This document shows positions 1 through 12,452 of a stretch of 64,000 nt of DNA, one piece after another; position 1 is the stretch's first letter, and each line of letters starts with the position of its first letter. The position numbers were made by a program, and so were the translations under genes. Below the pieces are notes generated by a model that made no database searches, was not told the origin of the DNA, and was given only the letters and a program-made list of their open reading frames with translations. The stretch is from the NCBI GenBank assembly GCA_951406725.2, contig OX597833.1:26164001-26228000 (forward strand). The letters are read 5' to 3'. This DNA is from Octopus vulgaris. Lineage: Eukaryota.

Positions 1-37
1 CAAAAAGTAAAAGAATAATACAATAAAAGAATATATA

Positions 38-38
<1 letters not shown>

Positions 39-95
<57 letters not shown>

Positions 96-122
96 GTTAT
101 TATTATTATTATTATTATTATA

Positions 123-185
<63 letters not shown>
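39..185. repeat. (TAT)n microsatellite
   Basis: Directly visible trinucleotide tract with two TAG interruptions. Confidence 0.98.
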
Positions 186-239
186 TCTAAATCTCTCAAC
201 GAGAGACATTCAATAATTGTGATTTAAAGTAAAAACTAT

Positions 240-315
240 TTGCCAACATAATGTGGCAGACCCGGTTGAGACAGTAGCATCCGTCCCAAACGGGACTGCC
301 ACATTATGTTGGCAA
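240..315. repeat. Inverted repeat/hairpin, probable Penelope-like inverted end
   Basis: ttgccaacataatgtggcag (240-259) is the exact reverse complement of 296-315; imperfect pairing continues inward to a loop of about 10 nt; lies between (TAT)n and a TA run. Confidence 0.8.
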
Positions 316-341
316 GTAATCTTTATATATATAAATATTTA

Positions 342-484
342 GGCGCAGGAGTGGGTATGTGGTAAGAAGCTTGCCTTCCAACCACATGGTTCCGGATTAA
401 GTACCATTGCGGGACAATATAACTTCGAGCCGACCAAAGCCTTGTGAGTGGATTTGTTAAACGAAAACTGAAAGAAGTACATCG

Positions 485-541
<57 letters not shown>

Positions 542-678
542 GTATATATATATATATATATATATGCATGTATGCATGTATTATGCATGTATATAAGAGT
601 GACTCCTAGGGTCGATTTGTTCGATTAAGGCGGTTCTACAGCATGGTCGCAGTCAAATGATTGAAACAAGTAAAAGAA
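342..678 (+). mobile_element. SINE family A (tRNA head, CORE-like body, internal microsatellite), internally deleted
   Basis: ggcgcaggagtgg...tggtaag head; gccgaccaaagccttgtgagtggatt body; cagcatggtcgcagtcaaatgattgaaacaagtaaaag tail, matching copies at 32155, 40177, 41763, 58328. Confidence 0.9.
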
Positions 679-746
<68 letters not shown>

Positions 747-774
747 ATATATATATATATATATATAAATTAAA

Positions 775-1005
775 TAAACGGAACAGGATCGTAACGGACT
801 ACAATGAAAGCATACGGTGAGATGGACGATACAAAGACGGACAGGAAAACCAGGATGGAACATTCATGACTTTTTTTACATCAGTCAAGCTTCTAATCAT
901 TATAGTTTCGGCCTGTTACACTTGAGACTATTCAAAATTGGTAGGCCCCAAGAATCTAAGCTAAGGGCATTAAGTTTTTGGAAGAAAGCGGGTGAAAGGT
1001 AAATG
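775..1005 (-). mobile_element. Possible Penelope-like terminal-repeat fragment
   Basis: Non-coding island abutting (TA)n; minus strand has ggccGAAAc followed by a degenerate ctgatg; assigned by analogy with other islands in the window. Confidence 0.3.
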
Positions 1006-2389
1006 TATGGCTTGGAAGTGAAGTTCAGAAATTGACATTATTATAAAAAAATACAGACATTTATTTTCTGTGTTCAAATTGTGGCAATCGAATGGGAATA
1101 GAATAATGGTTGTTAAGTCTAACTCAATAAGATACCAGTACTGTACTAGGGTAAATATAATTTGATGGACTATACTCGCCCCAGCAAAATGTATGCACTT
1201 GATCTTATTTTTAAAAAATCAATACTTCTGTCAGGCAATTTCGTCTGCAGCCGTAATACCAGAGACAAATTCTAATTGGAATAGCAAAAGAATACTAAAG
1301 CGAAACCCAGCTATTATCAAACTCTGTTCAACTTTGCAACATATAATTGTAATATGTTCGTCTCATGTCTTGTATCTGACCATTCTTCCATGGTGCTTTT
1401 GTAAGTTTTCAAAATTTCCAAATAACGCGTTGTCTCACTCTTTTTTTCTTTCTCTCTCCCAATTTCATTTTCTTTTTTTCTTTCGATCTTTTTTTATTTT
1501 TCTGTATCTGTCATACGCAGTACAATGCTGTATTAACCAACCGTATCCATAATTACAATCAAATCACCGATACAGAAAATTGTGGAAAATTTCTGCAGCG
1601 ACTAGGAAAATGAAGCATTCTTTACAATCGATATCACAGTTACAACAACAATAGCGATGACAGAAGCCTTAATCGAAATGTTATTGGTGATGAAGAGGAC
1701 AATGACACTGACGGCAATCACGCCGGCAATGGTGAAGAGGTTAACATTGACGGTGGTGCTGATGATAACGATGGCGACAATCAAGATGATGGTGACTATG
1801 ACGACAACGATGATGATCATGACAAAGAAAATTCATTTCTTTTCAATAAGCAAAAAAAAAAAAAAGAAAGAAAGAAAAGAAAAAAGAAACCATTTTTTCC
1901 GTTAAAAGAGCAGTGAATTGCCGTTGAAAGTAAAATCAAAATATTGCTAGAAATATCGTCCCTATTATAAACAGCAGCCAAATTACCCGCAAAACACTAC
2001 TTACTGATATCGAAAGAAATCCAGAAAGTGGGACACTTTGCCTAGTGTAGGGACTGAAAGTTTAAATGACGGATGGTTACGAAAAGAACTACTTTCGTAA
2101 TAGCCTCGCAGGATTAGAGAAAACTTGGAGATAAGCAGTAACAACTAAAAGCTGTTGACACATTAAAAACAAATACCAGTTAATAACGACAAAAGAAGAT
2201 ACAAAAATATATAAAACCCACAAAGTTGAGTGTATAGCCGATCAAATTGAATCTAGTCTATTTAATAGAGCAAACTTTACGTGCTGGAGGCTTAAGCAGG
2301 GAATAAAGATCTATAAAATTAATGAACCTGGCTCAAATAAAACCAATTTAAGTGTAAAATATAGAGACATTTCTACATATTTTCAAGCA

Positions 2390-2860
2390 TGTTGAGGCCA
2401 ACGCTATGGATCGTAAAGTGTGGAATTACATAATCACCAGAATCCATTATCCAGTAGCACCCAGAGCAGTGTATTGGTTGAGAGGATATCCTTTCTCTCC
2501 GGTAGTCAGTTATGGATCTTATTAATTTTACTTACATATGGTTACTTCTAAAGAGTACGGTCGTGAATACGAGCGACGTAACGGGGTCCCTCAGAAGGAT
2601 CATTGGACTCACTTCACTTGACCTTATACATAACTCGGATTTGAGGGAGTTTCTTAAATTCGAACCATTGCTTCTCCATAGGATTCCTATGGTATCGACC
2701 AAGAATGAGATGGCTGGATAATATGCATAGTCTCAGTTGATCAGGCATGGAATTCCATCCGGAAAGTGAAATTGTGACTGTTTCTGATAGGGCCCTAAGG
2801 AGGCGGGGCTTGAGAGGTCGACTGCACGACCCTCTTTGGAATAGTTGGTGTGGGAGATGG
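2390..2860 (+). mobile_element. Decayed RTE-clade LINE ORF2 C-terminal fragment(s)
   Basis: Translations GSLRRIIGLTSLDLIHNSDLREFL, RMRWLD, RRRGLRGR and AMDRKVW match the RTE C-terminal pattern LRRI.G....D.I.N..LR / LRW.GH / R.RGRP / A.DR..W; frameshifted. Confidence 0.6.
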
Positions 2861-2970
2861 ATGGGTGGCCAGATTACACCGCCAGATAAGACAACAGGGA
2901 AAACACATAAGAAACGCAAGGGTGCAACTAGTGGCAAATTGTATGAAATAGTCAAAAAACGTGATACCTC

Positions 2971-3000
<30 letters not shown>

Positions 3001-3001
<1 letters not shown>

Positions 3002-3425
3002 TTTGCTTGTCAGTTGTTTGACCTTAACCAGTTGAACAAGTCCCTTAGTGGCTGATGATATGTGCATCTCCGATCACGAGCAGAAGTAGTGGGGGAGTAT
3101 CATAGCCATGTGTTGAGAGGGATTCTTTAGGGTTTGAATAATTCACCTCTGGAAACATGGGTGTTTCGTTCAACATCCTTAAACAACTCTTACTCAGGGA
3201 CCTTTTGAGCAGGTTGGGTTACTCGACCAGAAGAAAATTCTAACTGGGCCCCACCTACAAGGTAATGCGCTGTTTATGTTGATATGAGATCACCATGTCG
3301 CGCACATATGGCTGTGATGCATGTGCCTAGTGTACCCTTATCAGACGGGTAGTCATGATGGGTATACTGGGCTTCGTATATTTTACCCCAGTGTCACTTT
3401 GATGGCATGCACTGCTCTCTCACTC

Positions 3426-3465
<40 letters not shown>
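3001..3465 (+). mobile_element. 3' end of a non-LTR retroelement with (TAA)n tail, inserted in a (TAA)n tract
   Basis: GC-richer island of about 425 bp with (TAA)n on both sides (2971-3000 and from 3426); 3' hairpin actggg...cccagt; (TAA)n targeting is known for R4/Dong-clade elements. Confidence 0.55.
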
Positions 3466-3470
<5 letters not shown>

Positions 3471-3473
<3 letters not shown>

Positions 3474-3860
3474 CCTTTCTACTATACGAACAAGGCCTGA
3501 AATTTGGGGACAGGGGTCCAGTCGATTAGACCGATTACAGTATGCAACTGATATTTAATTTATCGACCCCGTATGGATGAAAGGTAAAGTCGACGTCATC
3601 GGATTTTGAACTCAAAACGTAGCGATGGGCGAAATACCTATTTCTTTATTACCCACAAGGAAGGCAAAGTCGACCTCGGCGGAATTTGAACTCAGAACGT
3701 AGCGGCAGACGAAATATCGCTAAGCATTTCGCCCGGCGTGCTAACGTTTCTGCCAGCTCGCCGCCTTGTGCCAGCTCGCCGCCTTTGCCAGCTCGCCGCC
3801 TTGGGCGAAATACCGCTAAGCATTTCGTCAAGCATGCTAACGATTCTGCTAGCTCACCAC
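3471..3860 (-). mobile_element. SINE family B composite (dimeric, reiterated 5' end)
   Basis: Minus strand: ggcggcgagctggcagaaacgttagc head, gagttcaaattcc B-box, gtcgactttgcctt(tcatcc) core, ggccttgt...gtagaaaggatt tail; same layout as 23020-23416. Confidence 0.9.
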
Positions 3861-3871
3861 ATTCATAATAG

Positions 3872-3874
<3 letters not shown>

Positions 3875-3940
<66 letters not shown>
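3875..3940. repeat. (AAT)n microsatellite
   Basis: Directly visible. Confidence 0.98.
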
Positions 3941-3941
<1 letters not shown>

Positions 3942-4215
3942 CTAACAAGTAGAAGAAGTGAAGTTATGAAAGGTCACGGTGTAAAAAATGCCACCATAAT
4001 GTCAAGTAGAATATTTCTGTACAAGACAGGAAACGAAATTGAAGAATAACAACATGGCAAATAATGTGTTTGCAATGTGGTGAAAATACACACACACACA
4101 CACAATCGTGCGCATGCTCGGACACTCAATGAGCTGAATACAATTTCAAATACCTTTAGTTGTATGGGTCATTCACGCACTTGCATACATGAAGCTCTGT
4201 GAATTTTATATACAT

Positions 4216-4306
4216 GCATACATACATACATACATACATACATACATACATACATACATACATACATACATACATACATACATACATACATACGTACGTA
4301 CATACA
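4216..4306. repeat. (CATA)n microsatellite
   Basis: Directly visible. Confidence 0.97.
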
Positions 4307-4744
4307 TAAATATATATGTATGTATAAATACATGAATATATATATATACATATATGAGGAAAAGAAAACGGAGAAACTGACACATAGGCATCAATTTATT
4401 AGAACATAATACAATTCTGAACAACATCAAACTCAATTTCACCTACAATTGTTTCCATGCCCAATTAAATCAATTTGAGAAATTAAATTAAATTAAATTA
4501 AATTTCCATATCGAAGATTGTTAATTGAATATTTCATTAGGGGAAGAATTTGATAGAAAAGACCTACATTCCGATGTGTTGTTTGACCCTTGATAGACTC
4601 AGATATGTGCGTTTCAGCAACAAATGTATTTTTTTTTAAAAGCGTCACTTATGTATATATAAAAGCAAACTTGTTTACTGCAGTTGTGCACTTGCATGTA
4701 TAATGTGATGTCATCCCTTTTAGAGGATTTTTATCCTTGGTTTT

Positions 4745-4804
<60 letters not shown>

Positions 4805-4868
4805 TATATAATATATTATACATGTATATATATATATATATGCACACATATATAATATATTATAAATA

Positions 4869-5000
<132 letters not shown>

Positions 5001-6002
5001 GTGTGTGTGTGTGTGTGGAAGGTGAATATATATATATATATAACTGACACAAAAACGTACACTACACTTCTCTGACGTACACAAACATAGACACACACAT
5101 ATAGGGCCCTATCAGAAACATCTGTGATTTCACTTTATTCACCTATACATACATATATATCAGTGTGTGCGTATATACATGAATAGATGGATGATTGATG
5201 TATCCATAAATGAATGGCACTTTGTTAGATTTACTCTTTCTTTTGCTGTTCCTATTTCGAGCCTGTATTTTTAAAAAGATTTAGTCAATGAAAAATACGG
5301 AACTACAGAGAAAATGTGAAATCAGATTTTCACTGAAAAAATAACAGATCAATAATATAAACTTTTGGTGTTAATGAATTTGTATACCGTGAAATGGCAT
5401 ATACAATTATGTGTACAATGCAATCCGAATGCGCATGCGCTGAACCGAGAGCGTGTACATATATTATCTGCAGTGTTGTCCCGGTTTGTGCATGCAAGCA
5501 TACAAAGATAGATACTTGCTTAAACACATATATGCATACACATACACACACGCACACACGCACGCACACTCATATACACACACATACCCTTACATATATC
5601 CCGGAAATTTGTTCATGATCATGTATAGATTAAAGATAAATACACGTATTGGTATCACTAATATTACATCGACTTGTTAAAATCATTATCAGCACAATCA
5701 TTATCAAGACCACCACCAGCACCACCAACACCACCACCATCATCATCATCATCCTCATCATCATAGTCATCATCATTGTTATCACCTTTCTTGTTCATCA
5801 GCATCTCTATCTTCGCCCTCGTTATTATGGTCACCATTGCTCTTATCACCAGCGTCGTAATCATCCTCAAATCCTTACATAACCACCGATATACTTACTA
5901 TCATTATCATCAAAGCCTCATCTGTATCCCTACAAGAATACACACACACATCGCGTGCACATACACAGAGTTGATCTGTTATTTTTTCAGTAAGCATCTG
6001 AT

Positions 6003-6150
6003 TTCGACAAAAAAAACCCCGATAGAATAAGTACCAGGCTTTAAAAAGTTAGTAGTAGGGTCGATTCATTTAATCGTCTAAAAATTCAAGGCGGTGCCTC
6101 GGCATGACTACAGTCTAATGACTGTAACAAGTAAAAAGATTAAAAGAAGA
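6003..6150 (+). mobile_element. SINE family A, 3' fragment
   Basis: gatagaataagtacc...gggtcgatt...ggcggtgcctcggcatgactacagtctaatgactgtaacaagtaaaa. Confidence 0.8.
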
Positions 6151-7161
6151 AGATAAAAAAGATTATTTTCAAAGTTCCTAGAAAGAAAGGCAGAGTATCT
6201 CAACAGTAGTATGGTAACAAAAGCATTAAATTGACATTTTATCTTCGCCTTTCTTTATCATTGAGTGAAATACGAGTTGAATACAAATTCTATTTTCTTT
6301 TCACTTATACTTGTTCATCGATAATACGGACTCTGTTTATCTCTTTGGGCTTTTGCTAATAACATGCCCGCTGATAATACGTATTGGATGTTTTCATTAT
6401 TCTTTTTTTACCCATCTTTCTCTGTGGTCTTTCTTCTTTAATCTTTTAGTTCGTGTGCAAAACTAGTATTAAAGATATTTACATATGGAATCCCTAATAC
6501 GACATGAAAGTATTTAACCAACCAAAAAAAAACCCCGCCTTGTTGTATCAACATATATAGAAAACTATTTTGATTAACGATTTGTAATTAAAAAGTAAAT
6601 AAATAAATGAAACTAACTTCTTATATCGAATTATCAAGGAGTATAAATGTGTAATAAATGAGTTAGATTAAATTTAGCTAAAGATAACATGACACGACTT
6701 GTTAATTCTTTTCACATGAGATATAAAAATGTTATATATGCAATCGATAAAATGTTATATTTAAAAACACAATAATAATTAATTGAAGACACTTTGAAAT
6801 ATATGCATCACGAATATAGAACTCTTGACATAATAAATAACTTTTTTTTAGAAAAGATAGATACGATTGAAAAAGACTTGTACGTCATATCGTATCATTT
6901 TCATCTCTCATTATTGCTGAGTGCATTTATATACAATTTCAAATAAACAATAAAAAAAAGAAATACAGCGAAATGAATGATATTATTAATGTCGTCTCAT
7001 TAAAGCACGTACGTCATATATTCATGTACAGATCTGGATATCTGGTTGTATGTTACACCATTATACACAAACACACACATACAAGTAAGCACATAAATGC
7101 AAAACAAAGTGGAAAAATATCGTGGAAAAAATAGTACTCGAATGACAAAGTATTCTTTAAA

Positions 7162-7234
<73 letters not shown>

Positions 7235-7371
7235 AAGGGTGAAAAGGAACAAGTGCAAACAAGGGAGTCAGAGAAAGGCAGAATGCCACTTATATCTGAA
7301 CACTACTATAGAAATATTCCTTTAAAAAAACTTTTCTTCTAATTTTTCTAAATTTAATTAATTAATCGTTA

Positions 7372-7409
7372 CAGTTGAAAAAGTCTCAAAATGACCGAAA
7401 CCGGTACTG
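7372..7409 (+). ncRNA. Degenerate minimal hammerhead motif (Penelope type)
   Basis: cag-TTGAAAA-agtc(tcaaaat)gacc-GAAA-ccgg-TA-ctg: stem I, stem II, GAAA, palindromic CCGG tetraloop and UH are present; the CUGANGA box is mutated. Confidence 0.5.
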
Positions 7410-7458
7410 AAATGTTCACTATAAAATTATTTTAGCATTTTCTATTTTTGACTTGTTT

Positions 7459-7516
<58 letters not shown>

Positions 7517-7699
7517 GTATGTATATATGATTATAGCGTTATAGAAGCCAACACATTCGAAAATATTTTCTATCATAATAAAATGATTTGTAATATTCAT
7601 ATTATTCTTCATTTTAGAGTGTTTTTGCCATAACGTTGTGCTTTAAGCAACTTATCTATGGAATGAAATGGAAAGCCATATCGGGATTTTTAATGTAAT

Positions 7700-7900
7700 A
7701 AAACACATGGAATAGGCATCCATAAATTTCTGCGTCAAAATAGAAGAGAATTTTAAAAATGAAGAAAAATGCTGACGATTTCCCTTAGTATAAATAATGA
7801 TCATGATTTGTAAGATTTCGATGAAATTTACGAAAGCTGAAATGAGTCTACTTGTTGATGTTTAGACATAGCAGAACTTGATTGAGCGGACATAATCTGA
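7700..7900 (+). mobile_element. Highly decayed mariner transposase N-terminus
   Basis: ME*ASINFCVKIEENF...KMLTIS resembles the mariner start MEQR..IKFCVK.GK.F.ET..ML. Confidence 0.35.
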
Positions 7901-8219
7901 CCAATAATGTGATGGAAGTTATCCAACTGTAAATCATTTTGTTTATACTGTGCATACGGGTTTGCATTTTCTAGTTTATTCTTCAGATGATGTGATTTGA
8001 ATGACGTTTGGATACTGCTATTGTCTTTGCGCAGTGCATTCCGAACTAAACGTATACGATCAATAGCGCAATTGGATAATTCTTTATTTACGCTTTCGTT
8101 CGTTTAAGCAGACACTTCAAGAAAATAAAACCCAAACCCAATACATGTATATATATATATATGTGTGTGTTTGTGTGTGTGTGTCTATCTATCTCTTCCC
8201 CTCTCTCTCTCTCTCTCAC

Positions 8220-8273
<54 letters not shown>

Positions 8274-9519
8274 CATATATATATATACATACACATATGC
8301 ATATATTCAAATATGTGAGTATGTGTCCGTGCGTGCCTGAATGTGTGTGGGGTTGCGATTGTGTGCAATTTCAAATTGCTATATACGAAGCTTAACAATG
8401 TGCATATTTCTTTGAGGTTTCTACACAGATAGACAAAGTGACAAATTTTGGAGTTTTTGTGTATGAGCATTATTGCTTCGATTGACTACAACACTGTATC
8501 AGTAGTCATGTGATTTCCCATGAAAAGAAGACAGGTAAAAGACGAAGCCCTACCAAACGGGATTCGAATCAGAACGTAAAATAGCGTAACTAAATAACAC
8601 AACTCATTTTGTCCGTTGCTTCACCATTTCTATTTTTGTAACACTGAATTCGTATTAAATTTGGGAATATAATAGTTTGCCAAAATGTAATTCATTTCGA
8701 CAGAAGCATATATGTCGCCATACATATTTGTTTTAAGAATGCACACTTTCTATGTAGAATTAGAAGACTATTATATTAAACAAAAATAGTCATAGCAGAA
8801 ATATATATATATATAAAAAAAACAGTTTTGATAAAAACATCAGCGAAAACTGGAAATAGCTCACTAAACATATTAAATACAGTTGAGAATACTTTTGTAC
8901 CAAATGACTGACAGAGAGCAAAGAACAGTATCTGTGTTGCTTTTTTATTATTGTTTTCTAATCAAATCTAACTGAAAGACATGTCAGGCAATAATTAATG
9001 TTATATTCAATTATTAAATAAAAATGAAATCAGAAAATAATATTAAAAAATTCAGTTAATATGGATTTAATTGAAAACGAAAATTAACGACTAGGACAGG
9101 GAAAAATTACATAAATCCTTCAATTCTTTATTTTGTTAGTCTTTTTAATTTAATGGTTTTAAAGTTATGTTGTTCATGTCGCTGATTTTTGTTGTTGCTA
9201 CTGGTTATGTTGTTGTTGGTGGTCTTGATGATGATGATGATGATGATGATGAAGATGCTATTGTCGTTGTCGTTATCTCAGATCATAATTCTAGTTATAT
9301 TTATGAAAATTTCAAACGGAATATTTCAGCAAAGAAAGCAAACAATACAGACCAACTTAAACAGGTCAATGTATCTTGCTGAGTCCCCGATACACAGAAT
9401 TAATTTTATTGTATTTTCTGGATTAGATTTTGGATTAAAATTTCTTGATCTGGTAGAATCACATGAGAGAGAAACAGAGAGAGAGAGAGAGAGAGAGAGT
9501 CAGACAGACAGACAAAGTG

Positions 9520-9554
<35 letters not shown>

Positions 9555-9701
9555 ATGTTATCATATTGCAACCGGATCTTTTTGAGGCATGAGCTATGTC
9601 GAACATCTCTTCTCATATTTAATGTCTGAGTTTAAAAGAGTATATATTTGTGGATAGGTATGTATGTGTGTGAACATGTAAGTATATAATGTATATATAT
9701 T

Positions 9702-9739
<38 letters not shown>

Positions 9740-10704
9740 TGTGTGTGTGTGTGTGTGTGTCTGTGATAGTGTATGTGTATATGTATCTATGTTAGTGAGT
9801 ATATAGTAAAGAAGTTTCCTTCGGAGAGACAAGAGTCGATACTACATTTTCATCTTGAACAAGTCTCTCCTGCCATTGCCTTGAAGAAATCCAAGCCACA
9901 TCATAAAAATTACATAGGGAGAATTGTGTTAGGGCCTGTCAGATGGAGCGTATCGGTAATTCAGAGGCCAGCTTTTGTTTACAAACTCGGAACGAAATCG
10001 CGGTAGTACCGTAAGTAACCCAGCCTTGAACATGGAGCTAGTACGCAACATCTGCTATTTTTTCTGATGATCACCTGCTTATTCACAATAAATAATGAAA
10101 TGTAAAAGTAAATATCAAAGGAAAGTAAATCTTTACCGTATCTTTAACTAATATTTCATTTTTACTTTCGACTGAATGTGTAGTTCTAGTTCCATATATA
10201 TTTCAAAATGACGCTTGAACCTCGTTTATATGTATGAGATAGCCCAACGACGTTTCTATACAATCATTTTCGCATGTGAGGAGGTAGGAAACTCTCTGGG
10301 CAACGGTAGCTAACAGTCTCATACGTAAGTTTGTAATAAAAGGAAAAGCTGCAAAAATTTGACACGCAAATCACATTAAATGATTTCAGTGAGCAGATGC
10401 AATTATTTCAAAGCGTTTTTCCTTTCTTCTGAAACGCTTCAACCGAATATTGTCTTTGAAAAAAAAGCTGTTTAGAAGTTTAACTGAGGAAATTTCAACT
10501 TAATTCTTATTGAATGGGATGCTTAGATCCTATTCATTTAATGAATGGGAAGTAGCATTTTTAGAAATACATGTTGAGAAATAGGTCAGTGATATTTTCT
10601 TGGAGAAGTAACAATGTTGATATCAAAAGGATTATTAGTATTTCTCAGTATAATTTGAAACGAGGAAATGTTTGGCTGGCTAGTTGGTTGATTGGCTAGC
10701 TGGC

Positions 10705-10782
10705 TGGTTGGTTGGTTGGTTGGTTGGTTGGTTGGTTGGTTGGTTGGTTGGTTGGTTGGTTGGTTGGTTGGTTGGTTGGTTG
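10705..10782. repeat. (GGTT)n microsatellite
   Basis: Directly visible. Confidence 0.97.
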
Positions 10783-11825
10783 TTTGGCTAGTTGATTGGT
10801 TGGCTGTTTTTGTTGGTTCAGAGACCGTTGGTGTGACATATGTAAGAGGAGTTGCGGAAATACTACGAGAGCAAGTAATCACACTGGTACGGTCTATAGA
10901 ATATGCGTACACAGAGAGAAAGAGAAGAGGAGAGAAAGAGAGAGAGTGAGAGAGAGAAAGAGAGTGGGGGATGGGGACAGAGAGAAAGAGAAAAAGATGG
11001 ATTTATAGATAAGTAGGTATATGCATGGACAGATAGTTATTCATAGAAACGCACAGGCACACATACAAACACACATATGAATGTAAGAACGTCCGTATGT
11101 ATATATGTATATATGAATGCAAGCATACAACAGTCTTTCTCTATTTCTCTCTCTCTCTACCTCTCCCTATATATCTCTGTGTACACACACACAGAAATAC
11201 ACACACTCACAAATATCTGTTAATCCACTAACACTCTACTCTCATTCTCACTTTTCCTATACGTGAATGTGGAGTGTGAGAGATTGAGAGAAAGAGATAG
11301 AAAAGGGAGAAATAGGCAGAGAGAAAGATAGAAAGTGAAAGAGAGAGAGAGAGGCAGAGATTTGATTGATCCTCGCGTTTTGTTTTAGAGTGGGAAGTAA
11401 AATCTATTCCACTTTTGAAGTAACTATGAAGTAACTCTCCCATAATTACTTTATAGCCATCATATTAAAGCTCAACTGTTAAACTCTATTCAGCCGACTT
11501 TGTTTGTATTTTGCAGATAAAAAATTTCTAATCATATTAACAATTTTAAGTTAATTGGATCTTTTCCCCTTGATAGATACACGGTTACTGGATTGACTGA
11601 AGCCTGGGACTGAGAATTGAAAGGCTGGGACGGAGAAATACATTTTAAAGTATAGATTTGAGGATAAAGCGAAATCGATACGACCGATATCTCTATATCT
11701 ATATCTCCAGTTCATATTCTCGCTTAAACATAGCAATACTAGTAACCAGTTGATAAAGCTCAATATATTTATGCTTTAGAGTAAGCAGTGGCGGACACAG
11801 AACGTAATATTAATTAATAAAAAAA

Positions 11826-12007
11826 AGGCAACAAGCTGGTAGAATCGTTAGCACACCGGACAAAATGCATAGTGGCATTTCGTCCGTCTTTACGTTCGGC
11901 GTTCAAATTCCACCAAGGTAGGTTTGACTTTTACCCCTTCCGAATCAATTAATTAGGTACCACTTGAACACTGTAATCGACTTATCTCCTCCCATAAAAT
12001 TGCCGGC
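11826..12007 (+). mobile_element. SINE family B, diverged
   Basis: aagctggtagaatcgttagcac...gttcaaattccaccaagg. Confidence 0.8.
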
Positions 12008-12144
12008 GTAATTATATGTATAAATTATAGGAAATTATATGTATATATACACAAATACATGGGTGCAGGTGGGGATGTCATAGCATGTGGAGTTCATTAC
12101 ATAATAAATATTCATCTATATGTCAATGCACGTAGGTCTGTATA

Positions 12145-12452
12145 CAGTGGTAGACAGGGTCTAAAAATACTGGTTGCCAGGAGACTAAGAGGGACCACCC
12201 GCAACTACAAGGGGGCCTGTAGGCAACTACAATGCTATCATTTATTTTTTTTTAAAGTATTCTTTTCAACTGTCTATAAAATACAGCCAGGCTGAAATAG
12301 TTAGTGCATTCTTCCAGGAGTGAATATAAAATTTCCAAACTTGAGGAGATGGGCCCCTTAGATACCAACATGCGCCCTCATATATGGATTCTAATGGCGC
12401 AGGAGCCCTCTTGCCATTGAGGCAATCTGGCAACCTGGCCAGTCCACCACTG
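12145..12452. mobile_element. hAT-type non-autonomous DNA transposon (MITE)
   Basis: TIRs cagtggtagac / gtccaccactg (1 mismatch); 8-bp TSD tctgtata (12137-12144) and tctgtatg (12453-12460); CAG ends with an 8-bp TSD are diagnostic of hAT. Confidence 0.85.
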
